From the NCBI GenBank assembly GCA_965243715.1, contig CBDEVU010000009.1, positions 195,260-259,259 of the forward strand: a stretch of 64,000 nucleotides of DNA. The letters run 5' to 3'. Below, piece by piece: positions 18,238 through 28,006 of the stretch (within the stretch, counting starts at the first letter, position 1; the number at the start of each line of letters is the position of its first letter). This DNA comes from Candidatus Aldehydirespiratoraceae bacterium. GTDB lineage: Bacteria; Actinomycetota; Acidimicrobiia; Acidimicrobiales; Aldehydirespiratoraceae. The notes under the pieces were generated by a model. That model made no database searches. It was given only the letters and a program-made list of their open reading frames with translations, and was not told the origin of the DNA. The position numbers and the translations under genes were made by a program.

Positions 18238-21152
18238 ATGGCATCAAATCAACAGAGTGAGCGCTGGAGCGCTGGTGCCAGGGTCTCGGTTCGCGCACTG
18301 TGGGCCACTCACACGTCCGACAGCGGCAACACCGCACGACAACTCGTGATCCCGCCGGGTGGTAGGGCCCGGCGATGGGGGCGAGCCACTTCTGACCGGC
18401 GACATCGGCACACGAAGCCTTCTTCGTTGCGATCCGGATCGGTTGCGCTGGGCCAAGACGCCCGACCCGAACGATCCGAGTACCGTCTGCAACCGGCTTC
18501 GGGGCCGCTTCCAAATCAGGGAGGCGTCAGACACCTCGCCGGGATTTCGGCAGCCACAGGTCGGCGCAATTCACTCTGTGCTCGGCTACTGGACCACCGA
18601 AGCGACTCGCGACGCCACCGTTGTCATGCCGACCGGGACAGGCAAGACCGACACGATGGTTGCGTTGTTGGCCGCCTGACCAAGGGGCTGAAGACCGCAT
18701 CGGACGCCAGGGGCTTCGCGCGACGCTGCAACATAGTCATCACTACACCGCACGCACTCAACGCAGGCACAGAAGAAGCACGTCTCGCGTTCACCGCAGA
18801 GTTCGACACGCTCTTCGTCGACGAAGCCCATCACGTCACCGCCTCCACCTGGTCTGCGGTACGAGCCAGGTTCGAAGACAAAAGAGTCGTGCAGTTCACT
18901 GCCACGCCCTATCGAGAAGACCGCCAGGACCTCGGAGGGAAGATGCTCTACGTGTTCCCACTGGGCCTCGCCCAGGAACAGGGCTACTTCTCGGAAATCA
19001 TCTACCGCAGCGTGAGATCGTCGGCGACGAGGGCCGGCTTATCGCCCAAGCAGCACTGGACCAACTCCAATCGGACCTCGACGAAGGCCACGACCACGTC
19101 CTGATGGCGCGCGTCCGTCGAAAAGGCAGGGCCGACGAGATTATCGAGATCTACCGCGAGTTGGGTCCCGAGTTCGCGCCGGTTGTCCTATACAGCGGAC
19201 AGAAGCCGGCCAGTGAGCGCACCGCCTCCCTGAAGGCACTACGTAGTCGTTCGACACGGGTCGTTGTCTGCGTGGACATGCTCGGCGAGGGCTTCGATCT
19301 CCCCGCACTGAAGATCGCCGCGATTCACGACCCGCACAAGAGCCTGGGCATCACCCTGCAGTTCGTCGGCCGCTTCGCCCGAGTCAAAACCGGTGTTGGC
19401 CCAGCGACCGTTGTCGTTGGCCGTCCAGATGCCCTCTATGACGAGAACCTTCGCGCCCTATACAGCGAAGACTCAGACTGGAACCTGCTGATCCGCGATC
19501 TATCCGAACGAGCGACCGAGGCCGAAGAGGAAGCTAGCGAGTTCGACGAAGGATTCCGTGACGTCCCCGTCGGGCTCAGCGCCCACGACATCAACCCAAA
19601 GATGTCCACAGTGGTCTTCCGAACACGCTGTGACGAATGGGATCCCCAAGCGGTCCTCGAGCTGGTCGGGAACAAGCGCCCGCTCACCAACCCCATCCCG
19701 CACAACCAAGTCGCTGGCGTCGCCTGGTTCATCAGGCGATCTGAATCCCTGACCTCGTGGGGCCCTGACCCCGGCTACGTCGACGTAGCCCACGAGCTCT
19801 ACGTCATGTACTGGGACCGCGACCGTGGCCTCCTCTACATCAACAGCTCCAACAACGACTCATCTGATAGCCACCACGAGCGCCTCGCCGCCACCATCAC
19901 CGGCGACCAAGCGACGCTGATCCGAGGCGAAGACGTGTTCCGGATCTACGGCGGCGTGCAGCGGCTTGTCGCAACCAACCTCGGTGTGCTGGACATCCGA
20001 AACCGCGCTCGCCGATTCGCCATGTACTCCGGCACAGACGTCACCGCTGGCTTTCCCGACGCCGAGAAGGAAACCAAAACCCAGACCAACATCTTCGCCA
20101 ATGGCCATGACAACGGTGACCGCATCCACCCCGAAGTCCTCACCGCCCGACCAGCGCTCGTCGTTCTCGCTGTCGAATGGCCAGCCTACGTCTACGGCAG
20201 CCTCACCGGAGACCTGCGCGTGACCCACGACGGTCGAGACTGCGCCATCATCGACGCCGAGCTTCACATTGTGGAGCACAGCGCAAGCGGCCCGATCAAG
20301 ATTGCGGTCACGACACCGGACTGGGTGGTGCCCTACGAGATCCAGATCACCGACGAGGGCATGGTCGCCGAACCATCGACCCATTCGAAAGTGAGGGTGA
20401 CCAGCGCTTCGCGCGACGTTGACTTCTCCGACTTCGTCGCCCAGAAAGGTCTCACCCTGCTGCTCGAACATGACGCAGTGATCGAACCGCCAGGCGTCCT
20501 GCTGCAGCCAACCCGAGAGATGCCAAATTTTCCCCGATCCGCACTTCGAACTCACCTCAACTGGAACGATGTCGACCTCACGGTGGAGTCCCAAGGACCG
20601 ACGAAACGGGCCGACAGCATCCAGAGACGCGTCATCGAAACCATGACAACTGCCGGTGTCGGTTGGGCCCGCCCCGACGCGGACGTCGAATCGTGGGAAG
20701 TCGTCATCGACGACGATGGAGCCAACGAACTCGCAGACGTCGTCGCTATGCACCGCCACGCAGGCATACTTCGCGTCCAACTCGTCCACTGCAAGTATTC
20801 CTCTGACTCCACACCTGGCAAACGAATTGGTGACCTTTACGAGGTCTGTGGGCAGGCGCAAAAGTCTGTTGCTCGACGTAGAGACCTCACCCTCCTTGTG
20901 CCACATCTTCTACGCCGGGAACGCAATCGCCAGCGGCGTGGCGTCAGCGGGTTCGAGGTCGGTGACGCAGAGATCCTCTACGCCATTGAATCCGAACTCC
21001 ACACCCTCAAGCTGGAGCTGAGCATTGTTATCGTGCAACCGGGTGTCGCGGCTGCACTGGCAAGCAATGCCCAGCTCGACCTACTTGGCTCAACTGAGAT
21101 GTACGTCATGGAGGTCGGAGGGGCCGTTTTCGATGTCGTCGTCAGCGAATGA
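18238..21152 (+). pseudogene. SF2 (DEAD/DEAH) helicase fused to a C-terminal nuclease-like domain; multiple frameshifts
   Basis: MPTGTGKT then stop (frame 2, 18359..18679). FVDEAHHV and FTATPYRED (frame 1). VCVDMLGEGFDLP and QFVGRFAR (frame 0, 18621..21152). C-terminus IDDDGANELADVVAM...VQLVHCKYS. Short motif I-II spacing suggests an internal deletion as well. Confidence 0.7.
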
Positions 21153-21267
21153 TTCGACTACCACGAGGAGAAGACGTGGCTGGTTAGAGATCGAGACGCT
21201 GTTGGGCGTTCCAGGCAAGAGGCGCAGCATGACTACGGTCCCAGGATCTCCGCGTAACCCGAGTCGA

Positions 21268-21331
21268 GGGGGTGTCGCTTTGCTAATGGTTTGCTAATGG
21301 TTTGCTAATGGCATCTGGCGTCCTGGAGCGG
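21268..21331 (+). repeat. Repeat-family copy A: M motif with three 11-nt tandem units plus the first 22 nt of the body, truncated by the IS6 remnant
   Basis: GGGGGTGTCGCTT(TGCTAATGGTT)x2 TGCTAATGGCATCTGGCGTCCTGGAGCGG. Its last ~55 nt match copy B (38225..38262), apart from the extra 11-nt unit. Confidence 0.85.
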
Positions 21332-21826
21332 TATTGTCGGGGGCGGTGGTCGTTGTGGTGGGACACGAACTCCGAGAGGAGTTGGTGGAGTTGGAGCTGG
21401 TTCCAGATGAGCCTCCGATTGAGGAGCTTGTGGCGCTACGTGTACGCACTGACCGCCCACGGGCGACCCGCTGAAATCACCACCGATCTGGCTGTCGCCC
21501 TTGCTCCGCGTTATCGATGAGCCGATCTTCGAAGCTCTGCACGACACCGAGCGACATTCGAACAGCCCTATCGAGACCGGCCACGGACGACTCAAGGCCA
21601 GTCTCCGGCTCCGCGTGGACTACGCAGCGATCGCACGGCCTCGATAGTGATCCGCGGTCACGCATTTATTCAGACTCCGCGACGAGGACACCACGCTTTC
21701 GGCGTCGAAGCCCGACATGGACATTTGCGTGTCACGGCAGCGTTCGACGGACTCGCTGAAGCGATCTGACCGAGCATGGATACCAGGGCGCTCAGGCGCG
21801 GCCACCGCTCAATCAACGCAACGGTG
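21332..21826 (+). mobile_element. IS6-family transposase remnant (5'-truncated, internally deleted, frameshifted)
   Basis: WRYVYA..TAHGRPAEITTD / SNSPIETGHGRLKASLRLR / RGHAFIQTPRRGHHAFGVEARHGHLRVTAAFDGLAEAI-stop. Possible IRR ...CAACGCAACGGTGCC near 21826. Confidence 0.6.
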
Positions 21827-22155
21827 CCCTATCCGGCCCGACGGGTTGCATGGCTAGCTATTCGCACGAAGGCCATGTATGACATCGACCTATCACCCGC
21901 CATCCAGGAGTTTCGCTCCCTCCGTTACTGCCCTGGCTCGGGAGCAGGGTCATGAGGTCTCGTCGCACGGCGAGCCGGGCCCAGGGCGGCGATGGGTTGG
22001 TGCAGAAGTCGAGACACAAGTGTCAAAATCGGCCGCGTTCGCCTTGGTTTGCCTACACGCCGAGCACATTCGACCCCAGTGTCGCATGGGCCTGATCGCT
22101 CGGCTATGGTCTCGGCAGTTCCTGGAAAACACCAGGACTGGCGGAAGGAAAGATA

Positions 22156-22542
22156 ATGAAGTTGAGAATCACGCGATCAATCGCGGTGCTCGCGCTGGCT
22201 GTGTCATCGCTCGTGTCCGTGGGGGCATCGCCCGCGGCAGCGGCGTGTCCGACCGATTGGCACCGAACTCAGTACCGCTCGGCGCAGTACCGGGTATCGT
22301 TGGCACAGACGATCCCATCTTCGAGTACCTGCAACGACGTCAACCTGACCTGGGCGTCATCGCCGGGGTGGGTGTCGGGGCAGTATTACAGCGGTAGCTG
22401 GATCACCGGCTCAGCCGGATGGAAGTACGCGCCATTTGGTAGCCAGTCACCTTGGCAGGTGCTGATCAGTAATCTGTCTAACGGCACGTGGTATCGCCTG
22501 CGAGGGCAGATCTACAACCAGGTCTTCACAACCGCGGTATAG
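22156..22542 (+). CDS. Small secreted 2-Cys protein (cassette 2 lead gene)
   Basis: GGAAGGAAAG RBS. Signal MKLRITRSIAVLALAVSSLVSVGASPAAAA. Motif STCNDVNLTWA...GQYYSGSW, homologous to 10698..11093. Confidence 0.6.
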   Translation: MKLRITRSIAVLALAVSSLVSVGASPAAAACPTDWHRTQYRSAQYRVSLAQTIPSSSTCNDVNLTWASSPGWVSGQYYSGSWITGSAGWKYAPFGSQSPWQVLISNLSNGTWYRLRGQIYNQVFTTAV

Positions 22543-22596
22543 CTAACCAGGCTGCGGGGGTAGGCTCTCTCAGCGCGAACCGACTTTAAGGGATCT

Positions 22597-23532
22597 ATGT
22601 TAGGAACCTACCCCCGCCCGACCGCTGCGGCTCTACTGGTCTTTGCACGCGCGTTGCTTGCGGCGACGTTGCTGCTGTCGGGCTGCAGTTCGGCGACAAA
22701 CTCCGACGAGGCAGTAGCACTATCAGGTAACACCGATTCCGTATCAACGAACGCGGATTCTGCCGCACCAACTGACACCAACCCGACGAGAATTCGAACT
22801 GAGCTGGTGGCGGCGCTCTTCCCCGCCTCGGCACAAGACACGAAGAGCTTGGCAACACTGACCGTGTCGGAGGTCGAGCGACGAAACCTCCTAATCGAGG
22901 GATGTATGTCTGATGCCGGATTCGACTATGCCATTTTCCGCGGCGACTCTGCCGGGGATCGCTACTTCGACTTCCCTGACCTCCCCGAGATAGCCGAAAC
23001 TGGCTTTGGGCTAACCGCACCGACCGCTCGCGACACTCAGCTGAACCCGTACGACGGAGTCCCTGAGGAGTTGCGGGATCAGTTTCTCTTGGATCTCGAC
23101 CTATGCACGGCGAATGCGGTGGATGCAGTCGCAACTGACCCCGACTCAGTGTCCGCGGAGGAAGTCTTTGCGGCCGCAGCGCCCCTTCAAGACCTCTGGT
23201 TTGCAGAGATTGCTGTAATTGACAAGCTCTCGGAAGTCGTACAGGCCTTCGAAGACTGGAAGGGCTGTATGTCGGCTAGCGGCTACAACCCAACCACCCA
23301 CGTCGGTTTCTTTGTTGACGTCGACGAGAACGTGATCCCCCTTCTGGAGACGGACTTTGAGGCCGCTAGGCAGGCAGAGATGGCCGTCGCGAACACCTAC
23401 GCGCAGTGCATGGAACCGGTTGAGGCGATTAGACAGCCGATCCGCGACGATGCTAGGGCCGCCTTTCTGAGCGACTACTCAGAGGAGATCCGAGCGCTCG
23501 AGGAACTGTTCGACTCCGAGTCGGCGGGATGA
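22597..23532 (+). CDS. Secreted lipoprotein, paralog of 9811..10698 (cassette 2)
   Basis: Lipobox LLLSGC. Shared motifs GCMSDAGFDY and WKGCMSASGY. Confidence 0.6.
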   Translation: MLGTYPRPTAAALLVFARALLAATLLLSGCSSATNSDEAVALSGNTDSVSTNADSAAPTDTNPTRIRTELVAALFPASAQDTKSLATLTVSEVERRNLLIEGCMSDAGFDYAIFRGDSAGDRYFDFPDLPEIAETGFGLTAPTARDTQLNPYDGVPEELRDQFLLDLDLCTANAVDAVATDPDSVSAEEVFAAAAPLQDLWFAEIAVIDKLSEVVQAFEDWKGCMSASGYNPTTHVGFFVDVDENVIPLLETDFEAARQAEMAVANTYAQCMEPVEAIRQPIRDDARAAFLSDYSEEIRALEELFDSESAG

Positions 23533-23536
23533 CCGC

Positions 23537-25084
23537 ATGACCGCCAACGCGCGACAGAGACAGCTCGCTCTATCGCTTCTCACTCTCTTGTTCATAGCGG
23601 CACCGGCCGCGGCTTTTCAGGTCGGGCGATCCGTTTCAACACCAGAACAGCGGTTAGCAGATGCGGCGCCACCAACTCCTGCGCCCATCACCGCCGCCGT
23701 TGAACCTGGTCCACTGGTTGACAGCGTTGTCGCCGCGGGGTTCGTTGAACTTTCGGGCGTCGTGGGCCTTCAAGTTGCTACGCAAGGTCAGCCAATCGTG
23801 ACTGCCCTTCCGCACGCGGTGGGCGCAACAATCCGGTCCGGGGATGTTCTGTTTGAAGTCGCCGGGCGACCGCTGTTTATCGTGGCGGGCCGGTTTCCAT
23901 TCTACCGCGACCTTTCGACGGGAGACTCCGGACCTGACGTTTCTCAACTCCAGGCAGCACTCGCAGGTAGCGGCCACGACGTCGACCAAACGGGAGTCTT
24001 TGACGCTGCGACAGGCGAAGCTGTTGAGAAACACTACGAGGAAGCCGGCTATCACCCGCTGCGCGCTACCTCCGGCGAAGCGCGAAGAGTAGAGGTCGAG
24101 CAACAACTGGCCGGGCTGCTTGAACAGCTCAAAGACGCTGAGGTGTCGCTGGCCTCGGTCCGAAGCGGTCTTCCGACGGAGGCTGAGCTCGCCGAGGTCG
24201 TACGAATCCGTGAGTTGGAGTTAGATCAAGCGGACCTCAGTCGCGATCGACAAATCCGCGATGCTGAGCTAGCAGTCACTGACGCAGAAGAGGCGCTTGC
24301 GGTCGCCGAAGCCGGCGGGGCTGAGGCAGAGATCAAGGCGGCCCAGCGCCTGCTCGAGGATGCGAAGGGAAATCTCAGTCTGACCATTGCTTCTGTCGAT
24401 CTGGCTGTGTTGTACGCGCACGCGGCACTGTCCGATTCACGCGCAGCAACAGTCGATCCGAACGGTGAGGAGAGTCGGGCACGGGCGTTCGTAGCGGGGC
24501 TTGGCGACGACATCGACAAGCTGGCGATTGAGCTGGATGGCCTGACCGACCCCGGGCCTGTCGTACCGGCAACAGAGATCGCTGTCATGCCCGAAACCGT
24601 CGTGACCCTGAGCAAGCTTTCGTTGGAGGTTGGTCATAGTCTCAGCGAGGTTGTCCTTGCAGAGACTTTCGAGCTGAGTCCGTCCGCGCCCGTCATCCGG
24701 CTGCTGCTGCCACAAGCAGATGCAGGCCGGGTCGTCGAGGGGCAGATCGTAGCCATCGAGAGCGCGACGGGCGATGAGCGCAACGGGACAGTCGGTTCGG
24801 TGCTGAGCGAGGGCGAGCTCGTCTACGCCGTCGTGAACGATGCGGCTACAACGTTGGCCGAGCTGGGCGATACTGTTCGGGCCCGAATAACGGTCGCGTC
24901 TAGCGAGGAGTCGACTGTGGTGGTGCCAGCTCTAGCGATTCAGCAAGCTCCTGACGGCGAGCTCTTCGTCAACCGACTTGAACCGAGTGGTCGAGTCGAG
25001 GCCGCGATTGTCATGGCGGCTGGCGGCTTGGTAGCCATCCGGAGTGAGGGACTCGCAGCCGGAGACTTAGTTGTCGTCGGATAA
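23537..25084 (+). CDS. HlyD/MacA-like adaptor with peptidoglycan-binding-like domain (cassette 2)
   Basis: 515 aa. Membrane anchor, VSQLQAALAGSGHDVDQTGVFDAATGEAVEKHYEEAGY, coiled coil, beta-rich C-terminus. Confidence 0.7.
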   Translation: MTANARQRQLALSLLTLLFIAAPAAAFQVGRSVSTPEQRLADAAPPTPAPITAAVEPGPLVDSVVAAGFVELSGVVGLQVATQGQPIVTALPHAVGATIRSGDVLFEVAGRPLFIVAGRFPFYRDLSTGDSGPDVSQLQAALAGSGHDVDQTGVFDAATGEAVEKHYEEAGYHPLRATSGEARRVEVEQQLAGLLEQLKDAEVSLASVRSGLPTEAELAEVVRIRELELDQADLSRDRQIRDAELAVTDAEEALAVAEAGGAEAEIKAAQRLLEDAKGNLSLTIASVDLAVLYAHAALSDSRAATVDPNGEESRARAFVAGLGDDIDKLAIELDGLTDPGPVVPATEIAVMPETVVTLSKLSLEVGHSLSEVVLAETFELSPSAPVIRLLLPQADAGRVVEGQIVAIESATGDERNGTVGSVLSEGELVYAVVNDAATTLAELGDTVRARITVASSEESTVVVPALAIQQAPDGELFVNRLEPSGRVEAAIVMAAGGLVAIRSEGLAAGDLVVVG

Positions 25085-25760
25085 GGGCAGTTCGCTGCTG
25101 GACCTGCAGGGGATCCGCAGGTCCTTCACAGCCAGTGGCACCGTCGAAGTCCTCAGATCGATTGACCTTTCCATTCGCGCGGGTGAGATCGCAACGATCG
25201 TTGGCCGTTCAGGCTCAGGCAAGTCAACACTCCTGAACATCATCGGCCTGCTCGACCGGCCGACGGCGGGTCTGTATCGCGTCGCTGGCGTCGATACAGC
25301 GAAGGTACCGGCGGCCGACCTTGATCGACTACGAGCACGGACATTTGGCTTCGTATTCCAGAACTACCTGCTCGTCGACGAACTCTCAGTTCTTGAGAAC
25401 GTCGCAATGGGCCTCTATGCGCGGCGCGTTCGTAGCATCAAGAACGCCCGAATAGTTGCCGCCGAGCTTGTTGCCCAGCTCGGCATGGCTGATCTCATGG
25501 AAGCCGAAGCGTCGACGCTCTCCGGCGGGGAGCGCCAGCGAGTCGCGATTGCGCGGGCACTGGTCGGTGCACCCCAGGTCCTCGTGTGTGACGAGCCGAC
25601 CGGAAGCCTCGACAGCCGAACCGAGGCTGATGTAATGGAACTTCTTGTTGAAGCAAACAGGAGGGGTGTCACGCTCCTGATAGCCACCCACAATCCTGAC
25701 ATCGCCGAGTTCGGAAACGTAAGGATAGAGATCGCCGATGGGACGGCGCGACTTGAGTAG
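25071..25760 (+). CDS. ABC transporter ATP-binding protein (cassette 2)
   Basis: GRSGSGKST, LSGGERQRVAIARA, VLVCDEPTGSLD. Confidence 0.9.
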   Translation: MSSDKGSSLLDLQGIRRSFTASGTVEVLRSIDLSIRAGEIATIVGRSGSGKSTLLNIIGLLDRPTAGLYRVAGVDTAKVPAADLDRLRARTFGFVFQNYLLVDELSVLENVAMGLYARRVRSIKNARIVAAELVAQLGMADLMEAEASTLSGGERQRVAIARALVGAPQVLVCDEPTGSLDSRTEADVMELLVEANRRGVTLLIATHNPDIAEFGNVRIEIADGTARLE

Positions 25761-26931
25761 AGGCAGTCGGCAGGGAAACTACACCGCCCGTGCGGTTGGA
25801 CATCAAGTTTTGGCGCGGGTCCTCGCACGTCCATGGAGGACGGTTGGCATTGCCCTAGCAACGGCCGTCAGTCTCGGCGCAACCTTTGTGAGCGCGGGAC
25901 TGGCCGAGAGCGGCGCGGCCCGAGTCTCTGATCGTTTCGACGCCCGCCGGGCAACCTTCGTTTCCGTCGAGACCCAACTCGATCCGGCCACCGAGCTAGA
26001 GCTGGCGCTCACCGCTGAGAGCCGGCTCCATCAGATTCCTGGCGTTGAGCGAACGGGCTTTCTCGTAACGATCCAGCAGGTCGGTATCGACGCGGCCGGT
26101 GCGAGCTATCCCGGGTTCATCATCGGCGGAGTGGGCGGCGATGCGGCTGAGATTCTCGGGATCGGGGAGTATAGGTCGACAGGACTAACACCGTACGTCC
26201 TTGATGCTTCATCGGAGGTAGTCCTTCTGGGCGCTATTGCCGACGAAGAGATCACCGCCCGTTCTGGGAGTGCACCCCGGACGGTCGGGATCGCAGGAGT
26301 GCGCTATCGCGTCGAAGGCTCGTTTGGACGGGCCGATCTTGCTCCAGAGTTGCTCCTCGGGGCGGTGGTTCCGTTCAATCGACAGCTGCCCGCGGGCAGG
26401 ACCCGGATCGTTGCTCAGGTGTCGCCAGGCGCCGCCCAGCAAGTTGCCGACGCAATACCGACGGCACTCTTTCCTAGGGATCCGAGCGCAGTGCGAGCGG
26501 TAGCGCCACCGGATCCGCAGTCCTTGCGACGGGATGTCGAAGCAGATATTCGCGCTCTTCTGATAGTGCTTGGCGCCACGGCGGCACTGGTTTCTGCGGT
26601 AACAATTGGGACCATCTTGATCATGAGCAATGCGGCTCGGATTCGTGAGTTTGGTCTTCGACGGGCGATGGGCGCGCGACCGAAGGACATTCGAAGACTT
26701 GTCCTGCTAGAGGCCACGTTTGTCGGCGGTCTTGCAGGCTTTCTCGCGCTGAGTCTTGGGCTGCTGGTTCTCGCAGGCCTGACGGCAAGCCGTGGCTGGA
26801 CATTGATCGTCGACGGTCGGATGTGGCTCATCATCCCATTCCTTGGCGCTGCTAGCGGTATGGCTGGTGGAGTCATTCCAGCCATTAGAGCTGCCCGCGT
26901 GGATCCGATCGTTGCACTCCGAGGCTTGTAA
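25738..26931 (+). CDS. MacB/FtsX-type permease (cassette 2)
   Basis: 397 aa. Same architecture as 6127..7389. RRAMGARPKDIRRL, ends VALRGL. Confidence 0.85.
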   Translation: MGRRDLSRGSRQGNYTARAVGHQVLARVLARPWRTVGIALATAVSLGATFVSAGLAESGAARVSDRFDARRATFVSVETQLDPATELELALTAESRLHQIPGVERTGFLVTIQQVGIDAAGASYPGFIIGGVGGDAAEILGIGEYRSTGLTPYVLDASSEVVLLGAIADEEITARSGSAPRTVGIAGVRYRVEGSFGRADLAPELLLGAVVPFNRQLPAGRTRIVAQVSPGAAQQVADAIPTALFPRDPSAVRAVAPPDPQSLRRDVEADIRALLIVLGATAALVSAVTIGTILIMSNAARIREFGLRRAMGARPKDIRRLVLLEATFVGGLAGFLALSLGLLVLAGLTASRGWTLIVDGRMWLIIPFLGAASGMAGGVIPAIRAARVDPIVALRGL

Positions 26932-27124
26932 GCCTAGGCAGAGTTCCATCGAGTGGTGGGGTTCCGAGTGTGTTGCTCGGTGTGTTCGGCCCTCGAGTTG
27001 GGGCTGGGTGTCAGTGTAGCGCGTTTGGGCGAGTTCGGCCATTGAGGTGTCGGATATGTGAGGTGAGACTCCGGTAGTGGTCCACTTGATACGTGCCCCA
27101 GAAGATGATTCTGGCTTCTGCGAG

Positions 27125-27300
27125 TCAGGCGACACTTTTGAGTTGGCGGTATCGACGCTCGGATTCCATCGGGGAGATATTCCCAAGGGCTGAGTGTCGA
27201 CGGGTGGGTCTGCCGCACGCTTCTTTGTCAAGCCGTGATGTGGGATTCGCTGAGTCTGGCCTTTTCGTCTCGCCACATGCAGTGGCGGATGACTTGGTTG
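27125..27300 (-). pseudogene. rve-type transposase C-terminal scrap
   Basis: ...RRHSALGNISPMESERRYRQLKSVA-stop in the 27125..27589 frame. No intact upstream part. Confidence 0.3.
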
Positions 27301-28006
27301 GTTGGAGTTGACCCGGTTTGGTTGACACCTCGATTCTGGAATCCTTGGAGGGTTCTAGAGAGGAGTCATCATGGGAGGACATACTCGTGCGCCGTATCCG
27401 CCGGAGTATCGGGCTGAGCTTTGTTCGCCTTGTTCGTGAGGAGGGCCGGTCGCCGTCCGAGCTTGCTCGTGAGTTCGAGCCGTCGGGCCAGTCGATCACG
27501 AACTGGGTCGCCCAGGCCGAGAACCGGGTGTTGCGGATGGAGAAGGAGATTCGGGAAAAGCAGCGGCCTTCTTCGCAGCGAAGAGCCACCCGACCCGGTG
27601 AGGGTGTTTGGGTTCATCGAAGTGGAGAAGGCCAACTATCCAATCCAGATGCTGTGCCGGCTGTTGGGCGTGACCCGTCAGGGCTTCTACGCGTGGCGTC
27701 GACGTCCGCCGTGTCAGCGCCGGATCGTTGACGCGGCGTACACCGCGGTAATCAAACGCATCCACACCGAATCGCGTTGCAACTACGGAGCATCTTGGAA
27801 TCTGTGCGGAGTTCGCCGATGACTACAACATTCGCTGTGGTCGCAAACGTGTCGCCCGCCTCATGCGCTAGGCCAGCCTAGTCGGGTGTCACCGCCGCAA
27901 GAAGACGTGGACGACACGGCGCGACGACTCGCAGTCGCCGGCCCCTGATCGGGTTAACCGTGACTTCACCGCGGCTGCCCCGAACGAGCTTTGGGTAGTC
28001 GATATC

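Noticed and set aside
21281-21313. CRISPR-like or ToxI-like tandem array (TGCTAATGGTT x3)
   Set aside because: The units are only 11 nt with no spacers and at most three copies. This is too short for a CRISPR array or a type III antitoxin RNA array.
27301-27308. Target-site duplication for the IS3 copy
   Set aside because: The 8 nt outside the TG...CA ends are inverted rather than direct (gttggagt / gctccaac). I therefore include them in the terminal repeats, and no TSD can be claimed.
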